DNA of 33,000 nucleotides from Dicyema japonicum (taxonomy: Eukaryota > Animalia > Dicyemida), in assembly GCA_011109175.1 (NCBI GenBank), contig RDEW01000029.1, positions 127,158 through 160,157 on the forward strand. Reading direction: 5' to 3'. Position numbers and translations under genes: made by a program. Shown in pieces: positions 1 to 11,734 of the stretch. Position 1 is the first letter of the stretch. Every line of letters begins with the position of its first letter. The notes under the pieces were generated by a model, which was not told where the DNA came from, searched no databases, and saw only the letters and a program-made list of their open reading frames with translations.

Positions 1-249
1 GTCACACAACGCCAATCCAATAGAACGAGAGAATGAAGAGAAGAAAGGAAGAGAAACCCTAGCCAGAATGAATATTTAGTGGTAAATTAAGGCAAATCGG
101 TACAACTTCCAATCTTCTTTTTTGAGTAAGTTACGTCAACTAATGCACATGTTCGATTACGTCAGACTAAAGTGCCCAATGTCGATTATTTGATTAAGCC
201 TTGTTCAGTAAAGCATTTTTTACTAATCAGTCATATTTTGAAAGTTAAC

Positions 250-1700
250 AAGGTTGAGAAATGGCCAGGGTTTCCTACGCTTCTGCAATGAGCTAGGAAA
301 ACGATTCAATGAGAGGGTGGTTCACGGAGAGGCCGCCAATAGAAATTCCCTTGCAGACACGATAGAAGCAATTGGGTCGCTGGGGGATCACTCAAGGAGG
401 GTTCGAGAGCTATTGGAGGCAGGGATCACCAAATTAGTTGGTTTAACATTTCTTTCTTGGTGGTCTTGAGTTGAGAGTTACCCCCTCATGATTGCGAACC
501 AAATTTTCTGAAGGTACCATCGCGTCGTTGTAAAATCTCCCATTTGTTATCTGCAGGACATCCAATCGTTAGTTAGTTACCCCAACCGTATAAACATTTT
601 GGAGGTTGGCCGCCATCAATCAGCCAGGTCAAAGTTATGGGGGCTCCCAAAAGTCCCTTAGAATCATTACTGGTCCTGAAAAGATTTGTGGGGGAAGGGA
701 GCCGAAATTCATATCCATCCCAAAAGCAGAAATGATCCGAGAGGATTGAATTGTTGATGGATTGAACTGTACCCCAATTCATATAAGCTGAGCACGTGTG
801 ACTTTTTAGAAAAATAGAAAATCACACTCAAAATATTTGTGTCGTTTAAATTCTGAGATTTGATTTGAGGCCGCCCATAAATTCCGGACATTTCTCTTCA
901 ATCAGATTTAATCATATCATACTAAGAACATTCGAGAATAACTACCTATTCTCCCCGTCCCTTCACAGGGAGATAGGTCCTCAAATATAACGAGATTCCA
1001 ATCCAGGACATAATACTGTAACAGACTTGTACATCAACTGTCCCCTGAGTCGATCATAGAGGTACGTGACAACCCCAATCCTCCAGGAAGCCAAATTTAA
1101 GTATAAAACTCCCATTATGGACGTGGCTAAGATTGATTCGGTAAATACAGTCTTGGATAACTGAATTCATGAAGCATCCACACCAGACTGATGGGACCAA
1201 TTCAAAAACCCTTCGATCTGAGATGTCTTTACTTATTTGAGCACTCAACCTAGCACATTCTGACCCACGGAGACAGCAACCAGCACAACTTCCCTATTCT
1301 GTAATATTCAAATATGAATATTCAGATTAGCACATTTCTACTGGGTTCCTACAAAGAAATTGGACATCATATATTCATCCCTGACCAAACCCTCTTATGA
1401 AGATTGCATTATGAAAACTATTCCGCTAAAGAATGAAGTGATGTCCGCGACGGTAGGACGTGGGACAAAAATGGAAGAGGGCGGACCTACTTCTCCACCT
1501 CTCTTCGGAAGCCTGTAATGAAGTATTGGAAGATGGATTTGGTCGGCACAAGCAGATGTTCTCCCTTTGGTTCCTTCCTTGGATTAGTTAGTTATGACTG
1601 TTTGTGCTGGGCTTACAATGGTAAGCCTGGGGTTAATAATAATACCAACGCACGTGAGTAAATCTGGATATAACTTGAGTACTTAGAGAATGTGGTTTGA
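250..1700 (-). other. Possible degenerate or unidentified intron-containing gene; partly paralogous to 21355-21550
   Basis: Intron-like GT..AG segments on the minus strand (e.g. gtaactaactaacgattggatgtcctgcag, gtattattattaaccccag). Segment 549-720 aligns with 21355-21550. I could not build a consistent ORF or recognise a family. Confidence 0.25.
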
Positions 1701-1913
1701 TTAAAGACCCCCATAAGATAATCTGATTTGCTGATAATCTAAAGTACAAATTACTCAAATGTTTAATGAACTAAAAATATTTAACAGAAATGAAAAATCC
1801 ATAAATTAATTAATCAATGTAAATATTGATTATCGCGAATGAAACTATGGAAATAAGCGATTGATTACGTTATAACAACGCCAACTAGGCTACTTTCAAA
1901 CTGTAAGGTCAAC

Positions 1914-1921
1914 TGACGTGA
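1914..1921 (+). promoter_or_regulatory. CRE-like site TGACGTGA about 20 nt upstream of the CREB-like ATG
   Basis: 7/8 match to TGACGTCA; a weaker TTACGTTA lies at 1865-1872. Confidence 0.35.
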
Positions 1922-1942
1922 TAATTAATCATTTTTCTAAGA

Positions 1943-2433
1943 ATGGATGAGACTCATTTTAATGTCAGTAGTGTCGATCAAATATTCTCGAATTGTGGCA
2001 CAGGAATGGCTAATAGCCAGTCTTCGGAGGGGACTGACCATCCCCCATACCAAATCTTCCCAATTTCAGTAGGTGATCCCCTCTTAATGCACCAATATGA
2101 CTATAACTGCGGTCAAGATCAGTTCTTTCAAGGTTAGTAAGCAATTGGGATCATCGTAGAACAAATCAACCCAATAAACTACTCTGGGAGTCGTTATGCT
2201 GAGAAAAACGAGACTTCCGACGCTCAAAGGAAGCAGCAACTGAGACTCGTAAAGAACAGGTCCCCTAAAATTGAGATATTAACAGGGAGGCAGCAAGAGA
2301 ATGCAGAAAGAAGAAAAAGGAGTACGTCCAGTGTTTGGAACAGCGTGTTAAATTGTTGGAGACCCAAAATAAGCTTCTCATCGAGGAACTAAAAAATCTA
2401 AAAATATTGATACAAAAGAAAGAAAATAAGTGA
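1943..2433 (+). CDS. CREB: CREB/ATF1/CREM-family bZIP transcription factor, about 145 aa, no KID
   Basis: Exons 1943-2132, 2160-2259, 2286-2433 (introns 27 and 26 nt) give RKQQLRLVKNREAARECRKKKKEYVQCLEQRVKLLETQNKLLIEELKNLK, the CREB basic region and zipper. Confidence 0.93.
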
Positions 2434-2799
2434 ATTTACTATATTTTAATATTTTTGATATTAACATTTTACTGTTCGGTCTATGAATTTGAGTTCCTCC
2501 ACTGAGAGACTCTAACATAACATTTGACTCCTGTCTATCTAAGGACTGGGAATGAACAGATACACGTGGTATAACTCGTCGATGGATTTTCTTAATACTC
2601 TATCAACCTCCCCCGGTCCTAGTGGGACGTACCCTCTCTAAGTATCACGTCAATCCATATCATTGTAGGTACCGTTCCACTGAGGTAAAGAAGAGAGAGA
2701 TCCTTTTCGAATGTCGACCAGGAACTGAGCGTCTTCTGAATTGGGTAGATCCCATGACGTCTCTTAGAAATCGAAGAATGCAAAGGCGAGTAAGGAATC

Positions 2800-2872
2800 C
2801 AGGTAGCGATGTTGGAATCGAACCCACAGCTAATCACGAAGCGAGTGACAGCACTAACCACTACAATACCTG
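2800..2872 (-). mobile_element. tRNA-like sequence (SINE head or pseudo-tRNA)
   Basis: Minus strand has an A-box-like TGTAGTGGTTAG, a 5-bp stem gtcac/gtgat with a 7-nt loop, and a T-arm gtggg-TTCGATT-ccaac. Acceptor spacing and U33 are non-canonical. Confidence 0.45.
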
Positions 2873-3199
2873 TCCTTTCCAGTTTGAATGACAAATTTCG
2901 TCATTTTGATTTTATTGGTTTACTACTAATAAAAGGTTCATTAACACGTTTGAACTCATACCATCTGTTTCAACCACCACAACTGTGTACCATTTAACTT
3001 AATAGGCATTATTGTCTTAAGATACTTAATTGCTTTACTAGATCAATAATTTTCTTAATTTAGTCTTACACTGTGTAGATCCCCCATTTTGTGAACCTGT
3101 CAATCAAACTAAAAATTATTTTCTGATAGAGCTGGAAATATCCAGGTGCTTAGTGATTCGAATGTCGTTGCTGTCCATTAATCTACAAACCTCTTAGGT

Positions 3200-3320
3200 G
3201 ACGAGAGACCCCGCATCAATGATATCTCACTGTGGAACAACATTGTCGACAGGGACTCGTACGCAGCCAAAAAGAAGTTACGAACATTTCTAATGCCTAG
3301 ACCCACTTCATATGATTAAT
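3200..3320 (+). mobile_element. Possible LINE ORF2 C-terminal relic
   Basis: ISLWNNIVDRDSYAAKKKLRTFL resembles the LWN..K..L end of LINE ORF2. Confidence 0.3.
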
Positions 3321-3799
3321 TAACATAACCGTTATTTCCCTCTTGAAATAAAGCGTGTGCCTCCCCAAGTGGATACTTAAGTAGCAAAAACATTACTACT
3401 CTACGAAAGGGCTCTTATAATAAAATGCCTTAGTACATATAATCTGGGATCATTAGATTAATAGATTTTAAGTCATAAAGGAATATGATTTATTCAGCAT
3501 TGGTAATCAATACCTGATGTCTTCTTCCAGAGCTCAAATTAAAGGCGAGGACGACTGCGGACAACTGCGACCCGAGACTCTTTTCAAAAACCGGTGTGTG
3601 AATTAAGTAATACGCAAAACCAAATCTTAGTGCGGAAGAACCTCATAATCAGCACTCTATCAGGATTGGAAAGGAATATCTAAGAATTCGAATTTCGCGT
3701 AATTTTACTTTTTATTTATTTTATTTATTTAAAACCAATAAGATAATATAAAATATTAAAATTACTACTTGAATGATTAACAAAAATATTTATTTACAC

Positions 3800-4240
3800 G
3801 GTTCCTCTGAACGATGGTTTGTTCTCATTGGTAAAGTAGTTGTCAATTATTATATTTGCAGGGGGCGTTTATGTCCATTCTAAGCACGTGCCCAAACAGT
3901 CTCCATCCTGATTCAATAATATCGATGCTTATTGGCATGGGATTATAATTTAATCCTCCTTCAAGCAAAATAGCGGGAATTAGAGCTGATGCACTTTGAC
4001 TAGCTATAGTGGACTAATGATCATGGTTAATGCCCTCTTCCATCATCCTCTGCTTAGCGGTGGACTCTTTAGATCACCAAGTTTTTGTCTTCCATCTGTG
4101 CTATCTTTATCAGTCTCAAATTTGGTAATAGTTACTGTCAACATCACATCTCTTTTGGAGATGTGTTCGGAATCCCCGAGGAGAGAACCGGGTTTTTTCG
4201 TTTCTTCATGACTTCAACCGTCTGGTATCGGCAATCTAAG
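3800..4240 (-). mobile_element. Decayed RTE-clade non-LTR retrotransposon fragment
   Basis: RWRLFGHVLRMDINAP motif; nucleotide identity with 27855-27882 (ggagactgtttgggcacgtgcttagaatg). Confidence 0.75.
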
Positions 4241-4399
4241 AGTTCCTGAATAAGAACCATTTGCCTAGTTAATCCGGACTACCTCAGCAGACGCCGGAGC
4301 GCTTCCTTGTCATTGAGACAAAGTCCAGGTAGTCAGGTGCGCAATCTCCATAATAGCATCACCATAGAAATTTATGGGGTCGCACAGAACCTCTTATAT

Positions 4400-4620
4400 T
4401 TCCTAATCCATGTAGACACGGACTCTTGAAACTTTTCCGCAGTATTGCTGAGGGGTGCGGATTCCGTATCTTTTATATAATGCCACCTTCACATCTCGAA
4501 TTTGGTATTCCAAACACCCGCGATAAAGAGAAATGAGGAAGATTCCAAGTACGTTACGGTCCTGTATAGTTTCACATAGAAAGTATCCAGTCCGCAATGA
4601 GGGGGAATGCGGTAATGGTG
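4400..4620 (-). mobile_element. Decayed LINE RT C-terminal fragment
   Basis: QDRNVLGIFL...ALYKRYGIR resembles the RDLGV...LYK..VRP motifs. Confidence 0.35.
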
Positions 4621-4990
4621 GACATTAGTCTTCTAGATCCATTAGGCCAGACGAGTAACTGAATAGTGCTTATTCTATCGTTATCCTCCAGAAACGGTGC
4701 AGTCCACCGAGCAAGTCATTGCGCACTGTGACCCCAGGTTCTTTCAAAATATCAAGATTACCGAATTATTGACAAAAATACATTGTGAAAGAAACAAGGA
4801 GATGGAAACCTACAGTTTACGAATGACCACGTGTATACCGTCAGTTCTTGTAATTACTTTTGTCAACAATCATTTTCAAAAGTGAATTATCTCAGTTAAC
4901 AGATGATGGTTTGAAAGCCACTTGAAAACAAATATCTCTAGTTGAATCTGACTCGGTATTTCACGGTAAACAAACTTCTACCGGGATCTT

Positions 4991-5244
4991 AATAATAATA
5001 ATAATAATAATAACAGCCTTTTTCACGGAGCCGTGGTATTAGCTCCGCATAGGCAGAACACACACTTTATTTAAGTAAAGAACAGTTAATTTTAACTAAT
5101 CGTAGAACCAAGGAATGATCTTCACTTCTTTTTTTTTCTTTTTCTTGTGTCAGTGTCCTTTCTAGACAATCCAGTTCCGCAGTGAGTATTCACTGATGAC
5201 GGCGTCACTCGTCAAACCCTTTCCGCATCGTAGATGCGTGGAAC
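4991..5244 (-). mobile_element. 254-bp 5'-truncated retroposon with (TTA)n tail and 16-bp target-site duplication
   Basis: Perfect direct repeat CTTCTACCGGGATCTT at 4975-4990 and 5245-5260. An (AAT)7 run abuts the left copy. About 50 bp are shared with 20564-20615. Confidence 0.85.
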
Positions 5245-5405
5245 CTTCTACCGGGATCTTCCGTGAATAAAAAAAATAAATTGCTGATTAAACTAGAAAA
5301 TATAGCCAAAAAATATTTGATTTCTAATAATTTTTAATAAATTTAATTTTATAATTTAAAAAAATATTAAAAAACACTTTGAATTTCGTCAGCAAAAATC
5401 GTGGC

Positions 5406-7241
5406 ATGTCTGGTAGTATTGAAGCATTACTTAAGTTTACATTTCGCAGGAAGAGGGATGTGATGAAACCGGAGACGGATCCATTGACAGGCCATATCAG
5501 AGCGTCCTTCACGTATTATCTTATCACTCATATAGGCCTTAACCGTGACAGAACTCCCTTTGTTGATTGCCGAAGGAGAGGTAGATTTCGTGGTCACCAT
5601 TAGGAATGGATTCCTGTACCAAAATCACGCCTAAAGAAATGCAAGAAACACCTCGAAAATGAACAGAGGAGATCAAACAAACCTTCCACGGACAAAAACG
5701 GAAAGCAGACTGCCATCTCCGAGGACTTGCCTTTTCTGGAAGAGGATCCTGATGCGAATAAACCAACCACAATTAAACTGCGTAAGATGACAGACCACGT
5801 GGGAAATGGAAGAGTGGTTATTAAAGGATGGGTCTACCACATCAGAAGACAAGGTTTTGAGTTTTGTCGACTTTAAAGGGAAGAATATAATGTTTGCGAT
5901 GCTGAGGGACGGGACTGGGTTCATTCAGTGCATCCTCGCTGACTCTGTGGTTTTGATTTGGTCAGCATTAGTAGTGCAGGTGTCATCAGGCGGCTTCTCT
6001 TACTCTGGAGACCTGTGTGGCTATGTACGGGTCAATTAAAACTCTTCCAGCCTGCAAGACTGTACTATTGGTTATAAACTAAGGCACCCGGGGGAGTTGA
6101 GTTGGTTGTTGACTTTATGGAGGTGATAGGTGGTTCTCCCGCTGGGGGAAACGAGACATTTGTGAGCGAGGACTCTCAAGTAGAAACAAAGCTGGACTAT
6201 AGACATCTTGTTATCAGAGGGGAGAATGTACTGATTTTCTTAACTTAGACCTCCCGGATAATATCACTCCTATCAGTCATAACACGTGCTATGAGGGATC
6301 ATTACTTCTCCCGAGGATATACTGAAGTGATGCCTCCCACTATAGTGCAAACACAGGTGGAAGGGGGATCCACTCTGTTTGAATTCAACTATTTTGGGGA
6401 ACCCGTTTGCTGTGTCTTAATGTTAGGCATATTTGACACAATCCTCACAGCTGTACTTGGAGACCTGCATTCCATCAGTGGGGGACTGTTTTTGCATCTC
6501 CCGGTCCTACCGGGCTGAAAAGTCCAGAACACGGCGTCATATCGCAGAATACAACCACGTCGAGGCTGAGATGGGCTTCATTGACTTTGAAAACCTGATG
6601 GACTGTATTGAGGACCTTGTATGTGATTCCGTTGAGAGAATAATGAAGACTTCCTCCAACGACATCCTTACCGTAAACCCGTCTTTTAAACCTCCGAAAC
6701 GGCCATTTAAAAGGATGAATTATAAAGATGCCATCAAATATTTACAGGATAACGGTACTAAAAAGGAGGATGGGGAAGAATTCACATTTGGAGATGTATG
6801 GTGGTTATTTATTGGTGTAGGACATTACCGAGAAACCTGAGCGGGCCATGACAGACGCCATAGGGGAGCCCATTCTGCTATACGGTTTCCCTGCGGAGAT
6901 CAAGTCGTTTTACATGAGTCGTTGTCAGTCCGACAGGAGAGTAACTGAGTCTGTGGATTTGTTGATGCCGAATGTGGGGGAGATTGTCGGTGGATCAATG
7001 CGTATTTCAGACGAGGAAGAGCTGAACACTGCATTCTTGAATAATAATATTGATCCTTCTCCTTACTATTGGTACACTCATCAGGTTTGTGTCATCGCTT
7101 ACTAAATAGAGGAAGTTTGGCACATTCCCACATGGGGGATATGGACTTGGATTAGAACGATTTGCCACGTGGATGTTAGGATTGAATCACATAAGAGATG
7201 CTTGTCTCTATCCAAGGTATCTCGGTCGTGCATCACCCTAA
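5406..7241 (+). CDS. NARS1: Cytoplasmic asparaginyl-tRNA synthetase, 11 exons
   Basis: Ten introns of 21-25 nt. The spliced protein has the eukaryotic N-extension ([16 protein letters not shown]), OB fold ([23 protein letters not shown]), [21 protein letters not shown] and [12 protein letters not shown]; TAA stop at 7239-7241. Confidence 0.97.
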
Positions 7242-8294
7242 TTATGTCATTTATTCTAATTTGGATGTTTTTCGATTTTATGGCTTGTGTGTAGTCAGAC
7301 GTCCCAGTCTTTTGAGAAATCTAGTGATTTTCTGGTTATTAACCCTGTTGTATCGACCACAATAGTTCGGGACATTAACTGGTCTAGGAGCCTTTCGTAT
7401 TTCTTCTCAGCCTTTCCTCTGTGTGCGATGCGTTCACCTGTTTATGCCTGTGGGAGAAATGGAGCCGATACTCGTGGCGAGTATTGTATTAGCCTTCTCG
7501 AACGGAAAGATTGTAATTCCGCCTTGTCGTCTTTCGTTTCCTTTTTACAGATTAGTTACGATATCGCTTACTGAATTATGTTTAGGGAATCTACCTGAGC
7601 TTCTTAGACAAGAAACATAAGAAAAGTTCATGAAATTACTTTATAGGGCAGTAACTTTTCATGACATTCCCAGCATAGTTTTATTAGCACGTGACACATT
7701 TATCAATTGGTCGATAGTTGATTTGTTTTTTTGTGATTTGTAATCGGCTACTGTAGAGTCCCTTAGAGAGGATGTGATGATTGCTATAAAATTAAGTCAA
7801 TGAATGACAAAAGTTACTGTCGATTTGCATGTGACTAACGACATTAAAACGTTCCTGTACAGTCCATACTCAGAATATACTAAACTGCACATATGAACAG
7901 TTTTTATGAGTGCGAAACTAGTACACATGGCATAGCGAAAGGCACGATGCTGGCTAATTGCTAGGCAAAGGACTAAAATTTTATAAATTCGCTTATTCTT
8001 CATGACTAATCGTGATTATCCGCATGAATAGCCATTTCCTCAAATGAGTTTCCAGTATATCAGGGGTTGTTAAATAAATTCTGCAATGGATGAGATTGAT
8101 ATCGTAGCAGAAACACAGGAAACTATTTCTGACAGACTCTTCTGAAAGGGGAATAGCAAATGACGTCCTCCACAAGAGAAAGATACCCTCCACTTCAAAC
8201 AAAAACACATTAACCCAATAACTACTAAAAATTCCAATAAATTCAAATCGAAAGAATATAAATTTATTAAAATGTTAAGCACCATGCATTCAAC

Positions 8295-9657
8295 TCAGTT
8301 AGACCGGCCTCTAATACTGCGTGCAAAGTCAGGGAGGGCATAATGGTGGAAACAAAAGAAGGCATTGTGAATCACAAATAACCAGCAAGTAAAGAGTGCC
8401 TGTCTGTCCAAAACCCCCGAGTATCTATAGTGGTGCATATAGAACAATAGTTCGCAGATCCCCGTCATCGGGTAAAACACAGCCCTCGCAGTGGGGGAAT
8501 TCATAATGAGGGAATCGAACTGATTCTTCCACCACAGCAACAGAATCACATAACAAGAGACAATCGCGTTCTGGAAAAAGTCGGATATGATCAGCTCAAT
8601 CCCCACAAAGGCCAGAATAACCGTGAGAGCACCCCCCACCACAGAAATTGCCCTGTTAATCTCACTCCGCTGTATAATATTAACTACAGTAACCAACAAA
8701 CAGACCAATTAGAAAGTATATCTGGTTATAGGCGAAATTTATGAGGAAGAATATGGAGAAGGTGAACACAGAACACGTGAGGACGGAGAGAGCCAGTAAT
8801 TCGATCCCAAATTGGTGCCCACCGGAGAAGCTGTAGGAGAGTCCATTGACAACGTCTCTGGCATATCCTGCATTTTGGGTAACAGGTACCGGTAAAGTTA
8901 CGGGAATACTGGGAGAGGGACTTTAAGACGAGAATGTCCATGCCGATCAATAGATTGGGGAACTGGGAGATGATTGAATCACGTGACTTTGAAAAAAGAC
9001 TTTCAGAATCTGAGTAACATTAAGCCAAAAACCGATAAGGAAATGGTGGACCGGAATTCCAAAGATCTCACGCAATCTGGGAGATAATCTCAGCAGGGAG
9101 TAGTCCGTACTGTATTCTATAAGCGTCTCCGCAAAAACCAAGCCAGTTTTGGCGGTTTTTTGGTAATAAAAGTTGGGGGATTTGTTTGCAGGACCTAAAG
9201 TAAGTGAATCAGGTTACATTGATTTTTCGTGATGTTGAGAAAGTACTTGAGGGGGAGATAATGCTCGGGGTGAACGTCTACCATCATATACTCCTGTAAG
9301 TTCAAAGTGACCCATACTTTGAAGTAGCTGTCCTCCAAATCATAAGACTGAGTGACCTTGAGGGAAGCGACCTCTATTCTGATGATTTCGTCGCGGAGAG
9401 AAGAACGGGGGATCGATGATAGGTAGTCGGAGGAGACTTGGTTCAGACAACGGTGGGACTCCACTAGGATGAACAAACTCAAGACAGCCTCGGATTATGA
9501 CCCAATATACAATGAAAAGAAAGAAGGACTCGATGATTCTCCTCCTAAGGGGGGTCACCTTAACAGAGTAAAGGTGAAGAACATAGCTTAGGAGGTTATC
9601 AAAACCAAGCTCATTCCCAAATAATATGTTTGGGGAATTGTAGTCACGATTTGACAT
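8295..9657 (-). CDS. TMEM259: Membralin (ER membrane protein), about 7 exons
   Basis: IEYSTDYSLLRLS, LTVILAFVGIELIISDFF, HYRYSG and WLFVIHNAFFCFHHYALP match membralin blocks; six introns of 22-24 nt. Confidence 0.9.
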
Positions 9658-9975
9658 AATCTCTCAAAATGAGCACACAGCAGTAAGGTTTAAATTATAT
9701 TTAAATTTTTTTTATTTATTTATCAAATATTTTTTATTACGAAATTTTATTGTGTACTCTTGTTGATAATAAATTGCAAATTACGCTAACAACTTAGCTG
9801 TGTCCATTCTGTTTTCTATACTACCACAAGACGAGCTACCTCTGCTTTCGCTCTCCGCTATAGCAGATATATTCGTCGGATCTCTGGGAGTGTCCCCGCC
9901 TTTGGAAATTACTCTCCTACTAGCCTTCGCTCGAAGGGACGAGGGTAAATAAATAGAAACAACTCTGAAGCTTAA

Positions 9976-10054
9976 TTTATCCAAATATCTCTCAGTTTAT
10001 CCAAGTGTCGTCAGTTTATCCAAGCTTCCCCCAGTTATCAACACGACTTGTCCA
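9976..10054 (+). repeat. Degenerate tandem TTTATCCAA units at about 19-nt spacing
   Basis: tcagtttatccaag occurs twice exactly, with 2-3 degenerate flanking units. Confidence 0.55.
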
Positions 10055-11140
10055 AATGTCAGAGGACTTTAAACAGAATGGGGGACACAACACCAAGATC
10101 TGATTCGATTTAAATCTGTGTTGTGAATGCAAAATTATCCAAATCTGGGTTTTACACTCACTGAACTTGTGTGGGATTCATTGATTGTTTACAATAAATC
10201 ACTCGGGGTTATTGAAGTGAAAGAACCACAAAAGTTCACATCAAAACATTTCTGTGGTGGACTTCTGGAAACGATTCATCTCCAATGCCTATTGAAATTA
10301 TGATTTGTAAAAACTCGAGGGCGGAGGTGTTCAACTATGAGGATTCGGTTCTACACTCGATACGTGCTCGTGTGGGTTTGATGGAGGGACAACGAGCCAA
10401 GATGAGGTCTTGCTGGACCTTGTCGGGATCACCTGAGTAGTTAGTGTTACAGTGGTCCTTGAATTCACAATTAATATTAAAATGTCTCATTTTGATTGAA
10501 CATTTATTAGATACTCTTAGACATATAAGAGATCACCAAATGGGACTTCACATCATTTAGAAGAATATAGACTTCCAGAGTGTTTGGTGGCAGTTGTTAC
10601 GTTCCAGTATTCACCGATCCGTCACTTTTTACGCCTTTTTCTAGATAGTTATGCTTTTCTTGCTATTTGTCTAGAAGATTGTATCCACGAGGCGCATTCG
10701 CAAGAAATTCGTGACTTGGAATAAACCTGAAAGACTCTAAAGTTGAATAATCTTCAAAATGTGTCACGAGAACCACATATGAATGCCAAAGGTTACCCCC
10801 AAGATTTCTTTAGATTTATTAAACAAGAGCTTGGTGTCGACTGTTCGCCTTCTTAGGTGTCTTAGATTTCTTGGCTAGGCGACCGTAAGCGGTACATTCG
10901 TCAGAAAATTTAGGTGACGTACCTCTATTGCGCAAACTGTCACTTGGCTTCATGATGATGAAAACCATCCCTGATTTTGAAAAAACTAATTTCTCCAAAG
11001 ATTTTTTTCAATTTTCAGGAAAATGCTGAGTCTTATGAAAAATAAATAATATTTAATATTGTAAATTTATTTAAAATGTTAAATTAAATAATAGATTATT
11101 ATACTTGGTTTTCCTGTCCTTGTGATTCTTTTATTTAAGG

Positions 11141-11734
11141 ATGGATTTCCACTCAAGTAATCTAAATAATTCCGGAAAAACTGTCAACAAAAAACGAGAA
11201 AATTTAAAAAGACGCCAAAATGAGGTAAAATTCTTTAATAAACCACAGCTAATTCTGGATTCTCATGTAGGAAAGACACGTATAGTAACAATGTCCGCCC
11301 CTGCATCTTCCCAACCAGGATATTTCTGCGAAGTCTGTGACTGTCTGATAAAGGACTCCATCAACTATTTGGATCATGTAAATGGACAGAAACACCAGAA
11401 GAACATGGGTATGTCCATGCGTGTGGAAAAATCTACGGTCTCCCAAGTGCGGCGACGGATTGAGATGAATAAGGAAAAGATGTTCAAGAAGAAAGAGGAG
11501 TACAATCTAAGTGAGAGAGTGATGGCTTTGAAGGAAGAGAAAGAGGCTAAGAGACGAAGGACAAAGGAGGTAAAGGCTGAGAAGTTGGATCAATTCAAAA
11601 CGGCTGATGACGCCTATATTGCCTCAATTCTTGGGTTTTCTTCGTTTGGGAAGAAGCCGGTGAATGCTAAGGATGAGATTGAGGAACCTGATATTGCTAA
11701 GATTATGGGATTTTCTAATTTTGGCAAAAAGTGA
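11141..11734 (+). CDS. ZMAT2: Matrin-type zinc finger spliceosomal B-complex protein (ZMAT2/Snu23)
   Basis: GYFCEVCDCLIKDSINYLDHVNGQKHQKNMGMSMRVEKST. Probable in-frame 24-nt intron at 11225-11248. Confidence 0.95.
   Translation: MDFHSSNLNNSGKTVNKKRENLKRRQNEVKFFNKPQLILDSHVGKTRIVTMSAPASSQPGYFCEVCDCLIKDSINYLDHVNGQKHQKNMGMSMRVEKSTVSQVRRRIEMNKEKMFKKKEEYNLSERVMALKEEKEAKRRRTKEVKAEKLDQFKTADDAYIASILGFSSFGKKPVNAKDEIEEPDIAKIMGFSNFGKK

Noticed and set aside
5180-5245. Hammerhead ribozyme or SECIS around CTGATGA
   Set aside because: No GAAA after stem II (reads TCAAAC), helix pairing for a SECIS is poor, and it is antisense to the retroposon.
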